The notes below the pieces were generated by a model that did not search any database, had not been told where the DNA came from, and saw only the letters and a program-made list of their open reading frames with translations. 64,000 nt of DNA from positions 104,212 through 168,211 of the forward strand of contig JAFRBQ010000008.1 of NCBI GenBank assembly GCA_017404785.1. Reading direction: 5' to 3'. The DNA comes from Erysipelotrichaceae bacterium. GTDB taxonomy: Bacteria; Bacillota_I; Bacilli_A; Erysipelotrichales; Erysipelotrichaceae. Below, piece after piece: positions 36,757 to 45,706 of the stretch. Position 1 is the stretch's first letter. The number at the start of each line of letters is the position of its first letter. The translations under genes were made by a program, and so were the position numbers.

Positions 36757-38412
36757 ATGGTAAAGAAAAATTTTATGGAAAATGTCAGATTGAAAGGTGC
36801 TTATACATTTGTATTCCTGCTGGGTCTGGCTCTGTTTGTAGGCTTTTTTCAGCTGATCGTGTGCATACCGGTAAATATCCATTACATGCCTTTTGTGCTT
36901 GAACTGTTTGTCATAGTTATCTGCACATATCTTTTTATTGCCGCTCAAAGCAAGACCAAGAACATCGGCAGGAAGGTCAACCTGATCCTTTATCCGAGTT
37001 CACTGATCGTTCTTGGTTTCATTATTGCCTGTATCATCGGCGGTCCTTATACCGGCGGTCTCAAAAACTATCAGAACCAGTCAGTCATCAAGGAGATCGA
37101 TTTCTCCGAAGTTCCGGAATTTGACGCCACCCAGGTTCAGCTGGTCGACAAGAATACGGCCATCCAGATCGGTGACCGTGTCTTTGGAACACTGGGTTCT
37201 GATGAAGTATCACAATATGAAGTAGGTGAAGACTGGACACAGATCTCGCTCAACGGCAGGCTCTATCGTGTAACGCCGATCGATTTTGGTGGACTGTTCA
37301 AATACTTTATCACCAGAACGACACCGGGTTATATCATCGTTGACTGCAATAACGGTGAGGCAAAGCTTGTAAGAACTGAAGGCATGAAATACATGAAGAG
37401 TTCCTATTTCCTTCAGGATATAAGACGTCATCTGTTCCTCAGTGATCCTTTCTCGATCAAAGCCACTCCGCGTTTTGAACTTGACGATGATGGAAAACCA
37501 TATTGGGTAACTCCGGTATTGAAGAAGACCTTTGTCTCCAAGACCACTGATGTCAAAGGCGTCATCATCTGCGATCCGCAGGATGGCAAGACCCAATACT
37601 ATGAGAAAGGAAACATTCCTTCCTGGGTCGACAACGTCTATCCGGTCGATCTAGTCTATACGCAATTCAGGGAGACCAAACGCTATGAGAACGGTCTGTT
37701 CAACTTCTCAAACAAGGGTGTAGTTGAATTCACTGATGATTATGCATATGTTCAGTTTGACGATAATGTCCATATCTATACCGGTGTGACCAGCGTCGGC
37801 AAGGATGAATCGAATGTCGGTTTCGCCTATGTCGATCTCAGAAACGGTGAGATCAACTATATCAGAAGGGCTGGTGCTGAAGAGTATTCAGCCAGAAGCT
37901 CAGCTGAAGGCGCTTTGCAGCAGTATCACTACACCGCCATCTTCCCAAGCATGGTCAATGTCAAAAACGTTCCGACTTACTTCATGGGTCTGGTCGATGG
38001 AGCAAACCTGATCAAGAGCTATGCGTTCGTCAGCTATGAGAACTATCAGAATGTCGGTTATGGCGCTACCGTTGATGAAGCCTACAACAACTATCTGAAA
38101 CTGATCGGTGCCGAGGCTAAAGACGACGAACCTAAGGAAACAAAGGAAATAAGCTTTACGGTAAGTGATGTACAGATCATAACAGTTGAAGGCAACAGTA
38201 TCGTACTGATCCTGGATGAAAACCAGAATATCTATCATTACGATCTGTCTGATGGCGATTATCGAGCTTCGTTCCTGAAACAGAATGTTCTGATAAAGGC
38301 TACAGTGGATGAAAACAATTCGATAAAAGAATTCATTGAGATCGGTGTACCGGAAGTCGCAGAACCTGAAGTAACGGAAACCGAAACTGAAGAAACTGCA
38401 ACAAATGAATAG
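36757..38412 (+). CDS. hypothetical polytopic membrane protein with a large extracytoplasmic domain
   Basis: AGGAGG RBS. Three N-terminal TM segments, a ~430-aa soluble region and an acidic tail (PEVAEPEVTETETEE). No family recognised. Confidence 0.55.
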   Translation: MVKKNFMENVRLKGAYTFVFLLGLALFVGFFQLIVCIPVNIHYMPFVLELFVIVICTYLFIAAQSKTKNIGRKVNLILYPSSLIVLGFIIACIIGGPYTGGLKNYQNQSVIKEIDFSEVPEFDATQVQLVDKNTAIQIGDRVFGTLGSDEVSQYEVGEDWTQISLNGRLYRVTPIDFGGLFKYFITRTTPGYIIVDCNNGEAKLVRTEGMKYMKSSYFLQDIRRHLFLSDPFSIKATPRFELDDDGKPYWVTPVLKKTFVSKTTDVKGVIICDPQDGKTQYYEKGNIPSWVDNVYPVDLVYTQFRETKRYENGLFNFSNKGVVEFTDDYAYVQFDDNVHIYTGVTSVGKDESNVGFAYVDLRNGEINYIRRAGAEEYSARSSAEGALQQYHYTAIFPSMVNVKNVPTYFMGLVDGANLIKSYAFVSYENYQNVGYGATVDEAYNNYLKLIGAEAKDDEPKETKEISFTVSDVQIITVEGNSIVLILDENQNIYHYDLSDGDYRASFLKQNVLIKATVDENNSIKEFIEIGVPEVAEPEVTETETEETATNE

Positions 38413-38420
38413 ATGAACGA

Positions 38421-38447
38421 TGCAACTGGAGACAGTTGCATTGTTTT
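38421..38447 (+). terminator. intrinsic terminator
   Basis: TGCAACTG / CAGTTGCA stem followed by TTGTTTT. Confidence 0.65.
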
Positions 38448-38516
38448 AAATACAGGAAGCAAAAGCTATTAAATAGAATAAATGATCTTCATAAATAAAT
38501 GAAGTTGTAAAGTACC

Positions 38517-38545
38517 TTGACCCACTAAAGGGTTAGTGATAAATT
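38517..38545 (+). promoter_or_regulatory. sigma-A-like promoter
   Basis: TTGACC (38517-38522), 17-nt spacer, TAAATT (38540-38545). Confidence 0.55.
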
Positions 38546-38641
38546 GAAGTTAGAAAAGTTGCTTCTGTAGAAGTATAAGAGTGGAGTTAATCCATATCAA
38601 CGAAGTTAGTTGGCCAGCTTTGAAAGCTGGCCGATTTTGTT
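38546..38641 (+). promoter_or_regulatory. ~100-nt 5' leader with an intrinsic terminator (unclassified attenuator or riboswitch candidate)
   Basis: Two small hairpins (38560-38575 and 38581-38595) precede the terminator. GAAGTTAG occurs at 38546 and 38603, and GAAGTTG at 38501. Confidence 0.5.
38612..38641 (+). terminator. leader terminator upstream of the coding region
   Basis: GGCCAGCTT / AAGCTGGCC 9-bp stem followed by GATTTTGTT. It ends 16 nt before the ATG at 38657. Confidence 0.65.
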
Positions 38642-38656
38642 CAAAGGGGAAAGATA

Positions 38657-39469
38657 ATGAAATATGAATCAGTCAAACTGCTAAACAATGAAGGCAAGAT
38701 GTGGCATATCGGATTGGATGAAAAAGATGCCGGAAAGCACTTCATCCTGCCTGGTGATCCTGATCGCTGTGCCCTGGTAGCTGAGCACTTTGATGAAGCC
38801 AGACTGGTTGGCGTATCCAGGGGTAATCCGACCTATACAGGGAAATACCATGATGCCAATGTTTCGGTCATGTGTACAGGAATGGGAGCCATGGCAGTAG
38901 CGGTAGCGGTAGAAGAGCTTAATCATCTGGGTGTAAAGACGATGATCAGGATGGGCACCTGCGGTTCATTCCAGCCTAATCTTCCGGAAAACTGTTTTGT
39001 GATCGCCACCGGGGCCGTAAGAGGCGAAGGTGCTTCAAAGGAATACATCGGTGAAGAATATCCGGCTGTTGCGGATGTTGATGTTGTCTGGGCATTGAGA
39101 AAGGCTTGTGAGGAATATGGTGTCAAGCCATATCTTGGGATCGTCAGGAGTCATGATTCCTTCTACATGGAATCACCTGGCGCTCATGAAGGATATCTTG
39201 ATAGGATGAAGATCTGGCAGGATGCTGGAGTCCTGGTTGTAGAAAACGAATCATCAGCCTTATTTACAGTCGCTTCACTTTTAGGTGGAATAAGAGCAGG
39301 AACGATATTGCTTTGTGGTGGATATCTGGGAACCAGTCATGGCTCGATGCATGGAAGCAACCAGCCGGACTATAAGGAAAAAGTCGATCTTCTCAGCAGA
39401 ATCACATTAAGAGCGATCGAGATGATCAATAAGCTCGATGATCTTGAAGATATCAGAAAAATGAAATGA
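38657..39469 (+). CDS. PNP/UDP-family nucleoside phosphorylase (uridine-phosphorylase-like), paralogue 3
   Basis: LPGDPDR, RMGTCGS, ENESSALF. Closest in pattern to paralogue 1. Confidence 0.8.
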   Translation: MKYESVKLLNNEGKMWHIGLDEKDAGKHFILPGDPDRCALVAEHFDEARLVGVSRGNPTYTGKYHDANVSVMCTGMGAMAVAVAVEELNHLGVKTMIRMGTCGSFQPNLPENCFVIATGAVRGEGASKEYIGEEYPAVADVDVVWALRKACEEYGVKPYLGIVRSHDSFYMESPGAHEGYLDRMKIWQDAGVLVVENESSALFTVASLLGGIRAGTILLCGGYLGTSHGSMHGSNQPDYKEKVDLLSRITLRAIEMINKLDDLEDIRKMK

Positions 39470-39485
39470 TTTCAGGAGCGGAAGT

Positions 39486-40808
39486 ATGGATTATCTGATT
39501 AAGAATGCGGATGTTGCGGATTTTGATACTTTAAAGACAAGAACCAGAGACATCCTGATCAGTAATGGAAGATTTTCTAAGATCGCAGATCATATCGAAG
39601 AAAGTGCGGATGTCACAGTTATCGATGCCGATCATAAACTGGCGATGCCTGGTTTTGTGGATGCGCATACGCATATGGCTCAGTCATTTATCAAGGGTCC
39701 TTTGGATGATGTACCGATAACCGAATGGCTGATCAGGCTGTTTGCGATCGATGCCAAAATGGACAGTGAGATCTACTACTATGCAACGCTTTTAGGCTGT
39801 CTGCAATCTTTAAGATTCGGAACGACCTGTATCAACGAGATGGGTGATCTGGCAAGGATCGATGAACAGTTGAGAGCCTTTGAGGATGCCGGTATCAGAA
39901 CGACGTATGGTGTCTCTACGACTGATGTACCGGAAAACGATGCAACCCCTATCTACAGTTTGGAGGAATCACTCAGGATTCACCAGAAAGTATATGATCG
40001 TGTCCATGGCAAAAACAATGGCCTTATAAAGGCTTCAGTCGCCCCAGCTGGTCTTCCGGCTGTCAGCAAAAAACTGGCTAAGGCCTGCAAGAAATTTGCG
40101 GATGAACATGGTATCCTTTATCATACGCATCTGGGCGAAGGAAAAACAGAGACTGAAAATGTCGCCAAAACCTATGGATTAAATGGTGAAGGAGAAGCTT
40201 TGTATGAAATTGATGTTCTTGATGCAAATGTTCTCCTGGCACATTCGATCTGGATCTCTGATAAGGAGATCGATCTGATAAAGGAAAAAGGTGCCATACC
40301 TGTCTATTGCCCGAATACGAATCTCAAGATCTCCGATGGGATCCCGAAGATCGCTCAGATGATCGAAAAAGGCATCGATGTCTGTCTGGGCTGCGATGGT
40401 GAAGCCAGCTCTTCAAATCGCGACATGATCAGAGAGGCAAGGATTGGAGCCTACCTGCAGAAAGGGGCGACTCTTGTTCCGACCGTTCTTGACGCCTCAA
40501 CAGTTTTCAAGATGATGACGATCAATGGTGCCAAGGCATTGGGTTATGACGATCTTGGTCTGATCAAGGAAGGATATCTGGCCGATCTGATCCTAGTGGA
40601 TACCAGTAATGAACTGTCCATGACAGATATTGAACATCGCGTAAGCAATCTGCTTTATTGCGGTGATGGTCATATGGTCGATACAGTCTTCGTCAACGGC
40701 GAGATGAAAGTGAAAAACAAAAAACTTGTGGATTTTGACGAAAAGGAGATCATTGCCAGGTGTAGTGAACTTATAAGCAGACTAAACAGGGAAACAGGAA
40801 ATGCGTGA
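39486..40808 (+). CDS. amidohydrolase of the ATZ/TRZ (MtaD/SsnA-like) nucleoside/nucleobase deaminase group
   Basis: Metal ligands PGFVDAHTHMAQS, YHTHLGEG, GCDGEASS. An N-terminal beta-sandwich segment. Confidence 0.8.
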   Translation: MDYLIKNADVADFDTLKTRTRDILISNGRFSKIADHIEESADVTVIDADHKLAMPGFVDAHTHMAQSFIKGPLDDVPITEWLIRLFAIDAKMDSEIYYYATLLGCLQSLRFGTTCINEMGDLARIDEQLRAFEDAGIRTTYGVSTTDVPENDATPIYSLEESLRIHQKVYDRVHGKNNGLIKASVAPAGLPAVSKKLAKACKKFADEHGILYHTHLGEGKTETENVAKTYGLNGEGEALYEIDVLDANVLLAHSIWISDKEIDLIKEKGAIPVYCPNTNLKISDGIPKIAQMIEKGIDVCLGCDGEASSSNRDMIREARIGAYLQKGATLVPTVLDASTVFKMMTINGAKALGYDDLGLIKEGYLADLILVDTSNELSMTDIEHRVSNLLYCGDGHMVDTVFVNGEMKVKNKKLVDFDEKEIIARCSELISRLNRETGNA

Positions 40809-41448
40809 TTTTTTTGACAGAGCGACATTGAGGAAAATGCCTCTTTACCTGATATTCCTGGCTTTATCGGAACTGGGCATTGCCTTGTACTATACCGCCA
40901 GGGTAGGAACTGATCCGATAAGTGTCTTTGTGGAAGGGGTATCTTTTCATTGTGATCTGAGTGTAGGCGAGATCTCTACTATCTGTAATGTGATTTTCAT
41001 GATCATGACTTTCTTTCTGTATCGTGAAGTGTTTGGGATCGGTACCTTTATCACGACACTTTTGGGCGGACCTTTGATCGACCTTTTCTGTTCGATTCTG
41101 TTTACAGCCTTTCCCGAGTCGGAAACATCGATCTTTGCAAGGATCATGATCATCATCTGCGGGCTGATCGTATATCCGATCGGTCTGGGCGGCCTGATCG
41201 CCTGTGATCTTGGGATTGGTCCGTTTTCCTTTCCACCACTATATGCAAGCAAGAAGGCAGGTATCGATCTGAAGTATACACAGATCATAAACGATGCGAT
41301 CTATTTTTTGATCGGGATCTTTTTAGGAGGACTGTTTGGTATCGGCACGATCATTTCCGTTTTCCTTACTGGTCCGATGATGGAGTGGTTCATAAAACTG
41401 ATCGAACCATATATCAGAAAAATTGAACAGGGAGAAAAAGCAGGATGA
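40801..41448 (+). CDS. YczE/YitT-like polytopic membrane protein (putative transporter)
   Basis: 215 aa with 5-6 TM segments. LSELGIALYYTARVGTDPISVFVEG resembles the YczE/YitT N-terminus. Overlaps both neighbours. Confidence 0.5.
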   Translation: MRDFFDRATLRKMPLYLIFLALSELGIALYYTARVGTDPISVFVEGVSFHCDLSVGEISTICNVIFMIMTFFLYREVFGIGTFITTLLGGPLIDLFCSILFTAFPESETSIFARIMIIICGLIVYPIGLGGLIACDLGIGPFSFPPLYASKKAGIDLKYTQIINDAIYFLIGIFLGGLFGIGTIISVFLTGPMMEWFIKLIEPYIRKIEQGEKAG

Positions 41449-42740
41449 ATATTATTGAAATTATTGAAAAGAAAAGAGATGGTCTGGCTTTAAGTGAAGC
41501 GGAGATAGATTACTGGATCAAAGGTCTGTGTGAAGGAAGTATTGCGGATTATCAGAGCAGTGCTCTATTGATGGCCATTTATCTCAACGGGATGAATGAT
41601 GAGGAGACATTCTATCTGACTAAGGCTATGACCTATTCCGGAGATATGCTGGACTTTTCGATGATCGATGGTGTCAAAGTCGACAAGCATTCCAGCGGCG
41701 GGGTAGGCGACAAGACTTCGATCGCTCTGATGCCGATAGTTGCAGCGTGCGGTGCCAAGGTCGCCAAGATGTCCGGCGGAGCTCTGGGTTTCATGGGCGG
41801 AACGGTCGACAAGCTCAGTTCGATCCCTGGCATGAGCGTCTTTTTAACGACAGAAGAGATAATCGAACAGGTCAAGGAGATCGGCATCGCTATGGTGGGA
41901 CAGACAGGAAATCTGTGTCCGGCCGACAAGAAGATCTATGCTTTGAGAGATGTGACCGGAACGGTCAATTCACTGCCTCTGATCGTATCTTCCATCATGT
42001 CCAAGAAACTTGCCTGTGGCGATGATGTGATCGTCCTTGATGTGAAGTATGGCGATGGATCAGCCATGGTCAATATCATAGATGCGGAAAATCTGGCCAG
42101 ATCGATGATCTCTGTAGGAAAACAGTATGGCAAGAATATTGGCGCCTGCATCACCAGCATGGTCCAGCCATTGGGAAAGGCCATCGGCAATGTTCTGGAA
42201 GTTAAGGAGGCCATCGATACTCTACATGGCAATGGCCCTGAAGATCTCAACGAACTGGTATTCATGTCCGGAGCGCAGCTGCTTTCTAAAGCCGGTTTAT
42301 ATACTTATGATGAAGCCGTGAAAGTCATGAAGGAAAAAGTTGAAAATGGCGAAGCTGCCAAACTGCTTAAGACGATGATCGAGAAGCAGGGTGGCGATGG
42401 AAGGGTCGTTGACGATACATCCCTGCTGCCTCGATCAGCAATGATCAGTGAGATGAGAGCTGAACAAAGCGGATATATCGCAGGCTTGGGAAGCAGGGCC
42501 TTAGGAGAGCTGTCAATGGATCTTGGTGCCGGAAGAAAGAATGCGGAAGACAAGATCGATTATTCAGTCGGCATCGTTTTGAACAGGAAAGTCGGAGATT
42601 ACGTGGAAAAAGGTGATATTCTTGCATATATACACCATAATAGGCCTCTGGAAAAGGCCTGGATCGATAAATACCATACGGTGACCAGATACTCAGAAGT
42701 GCCTGTAAAAGCTCCGAAAATCGTTGAAAAAGTAATTTGA
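41445..42740 (+). CDS. pdp: pyrimidine-nucleoside (thymidine) phosphorylase
   Basis: IIEKKRDG, HSSGGVGDKTS and the C-terminal PYNP domain. Confidence 0.9.
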   Translation: MNIIEIIEKKRDGLALSEAEIDYWIKGLCEGSIADYQSSALLMAIYLNGMNDEETFYLTKAMTYSGDMLDFSMIDGVKVDKHSSGGVGDKTSIALMPIVAACGAKVAKMSGGALGFMGGTVDKLSSIPGMSVFLTTEEIIEQVKEIGIAMVGQTGNLCPADKKIYALRDVTGTVNSLPLIVSSIMSKKLACGDDVIVLDVKYGDGSAMVNIIDAENLARSMISVGKQYGKNIGACITSMVQPLGKAIGNVLEVKEAIDTLHGNGPEDLNELVFMSGAQLLSKAGLYTYDEAVKVMKEKVENGEAAKLLKTMIEKQGGDGRVVDDTSLLPRSAMISEMRAEQSGYIAGLGSRALGELSMDLGAGRKNAEDKIDYSVGIVLNRKVGDYVEKGDILAYIHHNRPLEKAWIDKYHTVTRYSEVPVKAPKIVEKVI

Positions 42741-42747
42741 TCAAATA

Positions 42748-42777
42748 AGTTCTGTTTTTTCAAAAACAGAACTTTTC
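42748..42777 (+). terminator. intrinsic terminator (short T tract)
   Basis: AGTTCTGTTT / AAACAGAACT stem followed by TTT. Confidence 0.5.
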
Positions 42778-42948
42778 AGTTATCCTTTTTATGCTAGAAT
42801 TAATTTAGAGATGAAGTTTGTTCTTTTGGAATTATAACTGTTTATGGATATAAGCCTGTTTTTATTATGAGATCCTTTTTTATTGATTTGGTTTAATCAT
42901 CCCAAAGGATGTTAAACATACATTAGTGATTAAAAGAAGGGAGAAAAA

Positions 42949-44079
42949 ATGAAAAAACTTTTATCATTACTGATGGCATTACTGATGGTATTCGCACTTG
43001 TCGGATGTTCGGGTGGCAATGGCGGCGAAGGCGAACCACAGAGTGATGTCATTCAGGCTGAAATCGTTCTTGTCACAGACGCCAAGTCCGTCGATGATAA
43101 GGGCTTCAACCAGTATTCTTGGGAAGGTGTAGTTCAGTACGCCAATGAAACAGGTGTTTCTACAAACTACTACATGCCTACAGAACAGACTACTGAACAG
43201 TATTTGGCTCAGATCGCTACTGCTGTCAAGGGTGGTGCCAAGATCATTGTTTGCCCTGGTTATCTGTTTGGCGATGCTGTAAGTGAAGCTCAGTTCACTT
43301 ATCCTGATGTAAAATTCATCTGCATTGACTTCACACCAAACGATGTTCAGTCAAATGCTTTAGGCGTTCTGTTTGAAGAAGAAGAATCAGGCTTCTTAGC
43401 CGGTTATGCTGCTGTCAAGGAAGGCTTCAGAAGCTTAGGCTTCGACGGTGCGTTGGCTGTTCCAGCTGTCAAGAACTTCGGTTATGGCTATCTGGCAGGT
43501 GCTGACTACGCCGCTAAGGAATTAGGTCTGGCTAAAGGCGATGTTACTGTCAAGTATTCTTACACAGGCGAATTTGCTGAAAAACCTGAATTCGTTACAG
43601 CTGACCAGGCTTGGTACACTGATGGTGTCGAAGTAATTTTCGGTTGCGGTTCTCCTAGAAACGCTTTCGAAGCTGCTGACAAGTTCAATGCAACTTCTGA
43701 TCATGTTGCCTGGGCTATCGGTGTTGATACCAACTGTGCTGACCAGTCAGAATACGTTATCACTTCAGCTATGAAGAACCTCTCTCCAGTTGTTTATGCT
43801 CTGATCAAAGAAGTATACGCTGGCACATTTGAGGGTGGAACTTCGAAGTACTACAACATCAAGGATGGTGCTTCTGCTCTCCCTATGGAATCTTCTAAGT
43901 TCGAGAACTTCACTCAGGCTGACTACGAAGCTATCGTCAACAAGCTTACTTCTGATGAAGCATTCCGTACATCTCTGCCTACTGGCTACAGCAATGGCGA
44001 AGCAAACGACTATGTCAACTGTGCTGATTTCGCACCAACTCTAGAAATAGTCACTGTTGATATCGTTAAGGATAGCTAA
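42949..44079 (+). CDS. BMP-family (PnrA/Med-like) nucleoside ABC transporter substrate-binding lipoprotein
   Basis: Lipobox LVGC. VTDAKSVDDKGFNQYSWEG is typical of the BMP family. Confidence 0.85.
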   Translation: MKKLLSLLMALLMVFALVGCSGGNGGEGEPQSDVIQAEIVLVTDAKSVDDKGFNQYSWEGVVQYANETGVSTNYYMPTEQTTEQYLAQIATAVKGGAKIIVCPGYLFGDAVSEAQFTYPDVKFICIDFTPNDVQSNALGVLFEEEESGFLAGYAAVKEGFRSLGFDGALAVPAVKNFGYGYLAGADYAAKELGLAKGDVTVKYSYTGEFAEKPEFVTADQAWYTDGVEVIFGCGSPRNAFEAADKFNATSDHVAWAIGVDTNCADQSEYVITSAMKNLSPVVYALIKEVYAGTFEGGTSKYYNIKDGASALPMESSKFENFTQADYEAIVNKLTSDEAFRTSLPTGYSNGEANDYVNCADFAPTLEIVTVDIVKDS

Positions 44080-44095
44080 AAAAGTTTAAAGCACA

Positions 44096-44125
44096 GGGCT
44101 AGTTTTTACTAGCCCTTCTTTTTTC
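44096..44125 (+). terminator. intrinsic terminator between the SBP and ATPase genes
   Basis: GGGCTAGT / ACTAGCCC stem followed by TTCTTTTTTC. Confidence 0.7.
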
Positions 44126-44173
44126 TTTTAATACTAACGTTAACTGTTTTGTTTCATTTATGAAAGGGGAAAT

Positions 44174-45706
44174 ATGGAAAACTACGCTATAGAAATGTTG
44201 AATATTACCAAGCGTTTCCCTGGCATCGTCGCTAATGACGACATTACTTTACAGGTAAAGTATGGTGAGATACATGCACTGCTGGGTGAAAATGGTGCCG
44301 GTAAATCGACACTCATGAGTGTTCTTTTCGGTCTATATAAGCCTGAAGAGGGTAGGATCTTGCTTGATGGAAAAGAAGTGAAGATCACCAGTCCTAGAAA
44401 AGCCAATGAATTGGGTATCGGCATGGTGCATCAACACTTCATGCAGATCAAGAACTTCACCGTCCTGGAAAACATCATTCTGGGTGTTGAGACGACCAAG
44501 AACGGTGTCCTGCAAATGCAGGAAGCCAGGCAGAAGGTCGTTGAGCTTTCGGAAAGATATGGTCTGAAAGTCGATCCTGACGCTCTGGTCAGAGATATAA
44601 CTGTTGGTCAGCAACAAAGAGTCGAGATTCTGAAGATGCTGTATCGTGACTGTAAGATCCTGATTTTTGATGAGCCTACGGCCGTTCTTACACCGCAGGA
44701 GATCGAAGAACTCATGGGTATCATGAGAAATCTCAAAAACGAAGGCAAAGCCATTATTTTCATCACGCACAAGCTTGATGAGATCAAGGCTGTTTCAGAT
44801 AAATGTACGGTTCTGCGTTTAGGCAAGTGTATCGGCACTGTCAATACTGCCGACGCTACGACTCACCAGATGGCGGAAATGATGGTCGGCCGAGAGGTCA
44901 ACTTCCATGTCGATAAAGCTCCACAGAAACTTGGTGAGCCGGTTCTTTCATTAAAGAATATCTATCTCAAGAGCGAAGTCGCTGACAAATATGTTCTGAA
45001 CAACATTTCATTCGATGTTCATTCCGGCGAGATCCTATGTATCGCCGGTGTCGAAGGAAACGGTCAGTCCGAGATCGTCAAGGTCATCTCCGGATTGATG
45101 CAGCAGGAATCAGGGACCATCATTTTAAACGGCAAGGATATTTCAAATGAATCCAGAAGACAGAGGATCATCGACGGTCTATCCTATGTTCCGGAAGACA
45201 GACACAAACACGGAGTCATCCTTGATTCGACACTAGAGGAAAACCTCGCTTTAAAGAAGTATTTTCTTCCTGAATATCAGAATAAAGGCATCATCAATTT
45301 CAAATCCAGAAGAGAACTGGCTGATAAACTGATCAGTGAATTTGATATCAGAAGTTCAGAGGGACGGGAAACGATCACAAGGTCCATGTCAGGTGGTAAC
45401 CAGCAGAAAGCCATCGTTGCCAGAGAGATCGATGCCAAACATGATGTACTGGTAGCTATTCAGCCTACCAGAGGTCTGGACGTCGGTGCGATCGAAGGGA
45501 TCCACGCCAACCTGGTAGCTCAAAGAGATGAAGGCAAGGCTGTCCTGCTTGTATCGTTCGACCTGGAAGAGGTCATGGGAGTTTCCGATCGGATCATCGT
45601 CTTCTATGAAGGTGAAGTAGTCGCCAATGTTAGACCGGAAGATGTGACGATCAATGAACTCGGTCTGTATATGTCAGGTTCCAAGAAAGGAGAAAATCTA
45701 TGCTGA
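44174..45706 (+). CDS. ABC transporter ATP-binding protein with duplicated NBDs (nucleoside/sugar type)
   Basis: GENGAGKST and VGQQQRVEI in NBD1. A second NBD has GVEGNGQSE and MSGGNQQK. Confidence 0.9.
   Translation: MENYAIEMLNITKRFPGIVANDDITLQVKYGEIHALLGENGAGKSTLMSVLFGLYKPEEGRILLDGKEVKITSPRKANELGIGMVHQHFMQIKNFTVLENIILGVETTKNGVLQMQEARQKVVELSERYGLKVDPDALVRDITVGQQQRVEILKMLYRDCKILIFDEPTAVLTPQEIEELMGIMRNLKNEGKAIIFITHKLDEIKAVSDKCTVLRLGKCIGTVNTADATTHQMAEMMVGREVNFHVDKAPQKLGEPVLSLKNIYLKSEVADKYVLNNISFDVHSGEILCIAGVEGNGQSEIVKVISGLMQQESGTIILNGKDISNESRRQRIIDGLSYVPEDRHKHGVILDSTLEENLALKKYFLPEYQNKGIINFKSRRELADKLISEFDIRSSEGRETITRSMSGGNQQKAIVAREIDAKHDVLVAIQPTRGLDVGAIEGIHANLVAQRDEGKAVLLVSFDLEEVMGVSDRIIVFYEGEVVANVRPEDVTINELGLYMSGSKKGENLC

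Noticed and set aside
38546-38611. Assigning the leader to a known class (purine riboswitch, PyrR binding loop, T-box, HutP/TRAP-type triplet repeats).
   Set aside because: I found no purine-riboswitch junction consensus, no ARUCCAGAGAGG PyrR motif and no T-box core. The UAG/GAG triplets are irregularly spaced. It is left unclassified.
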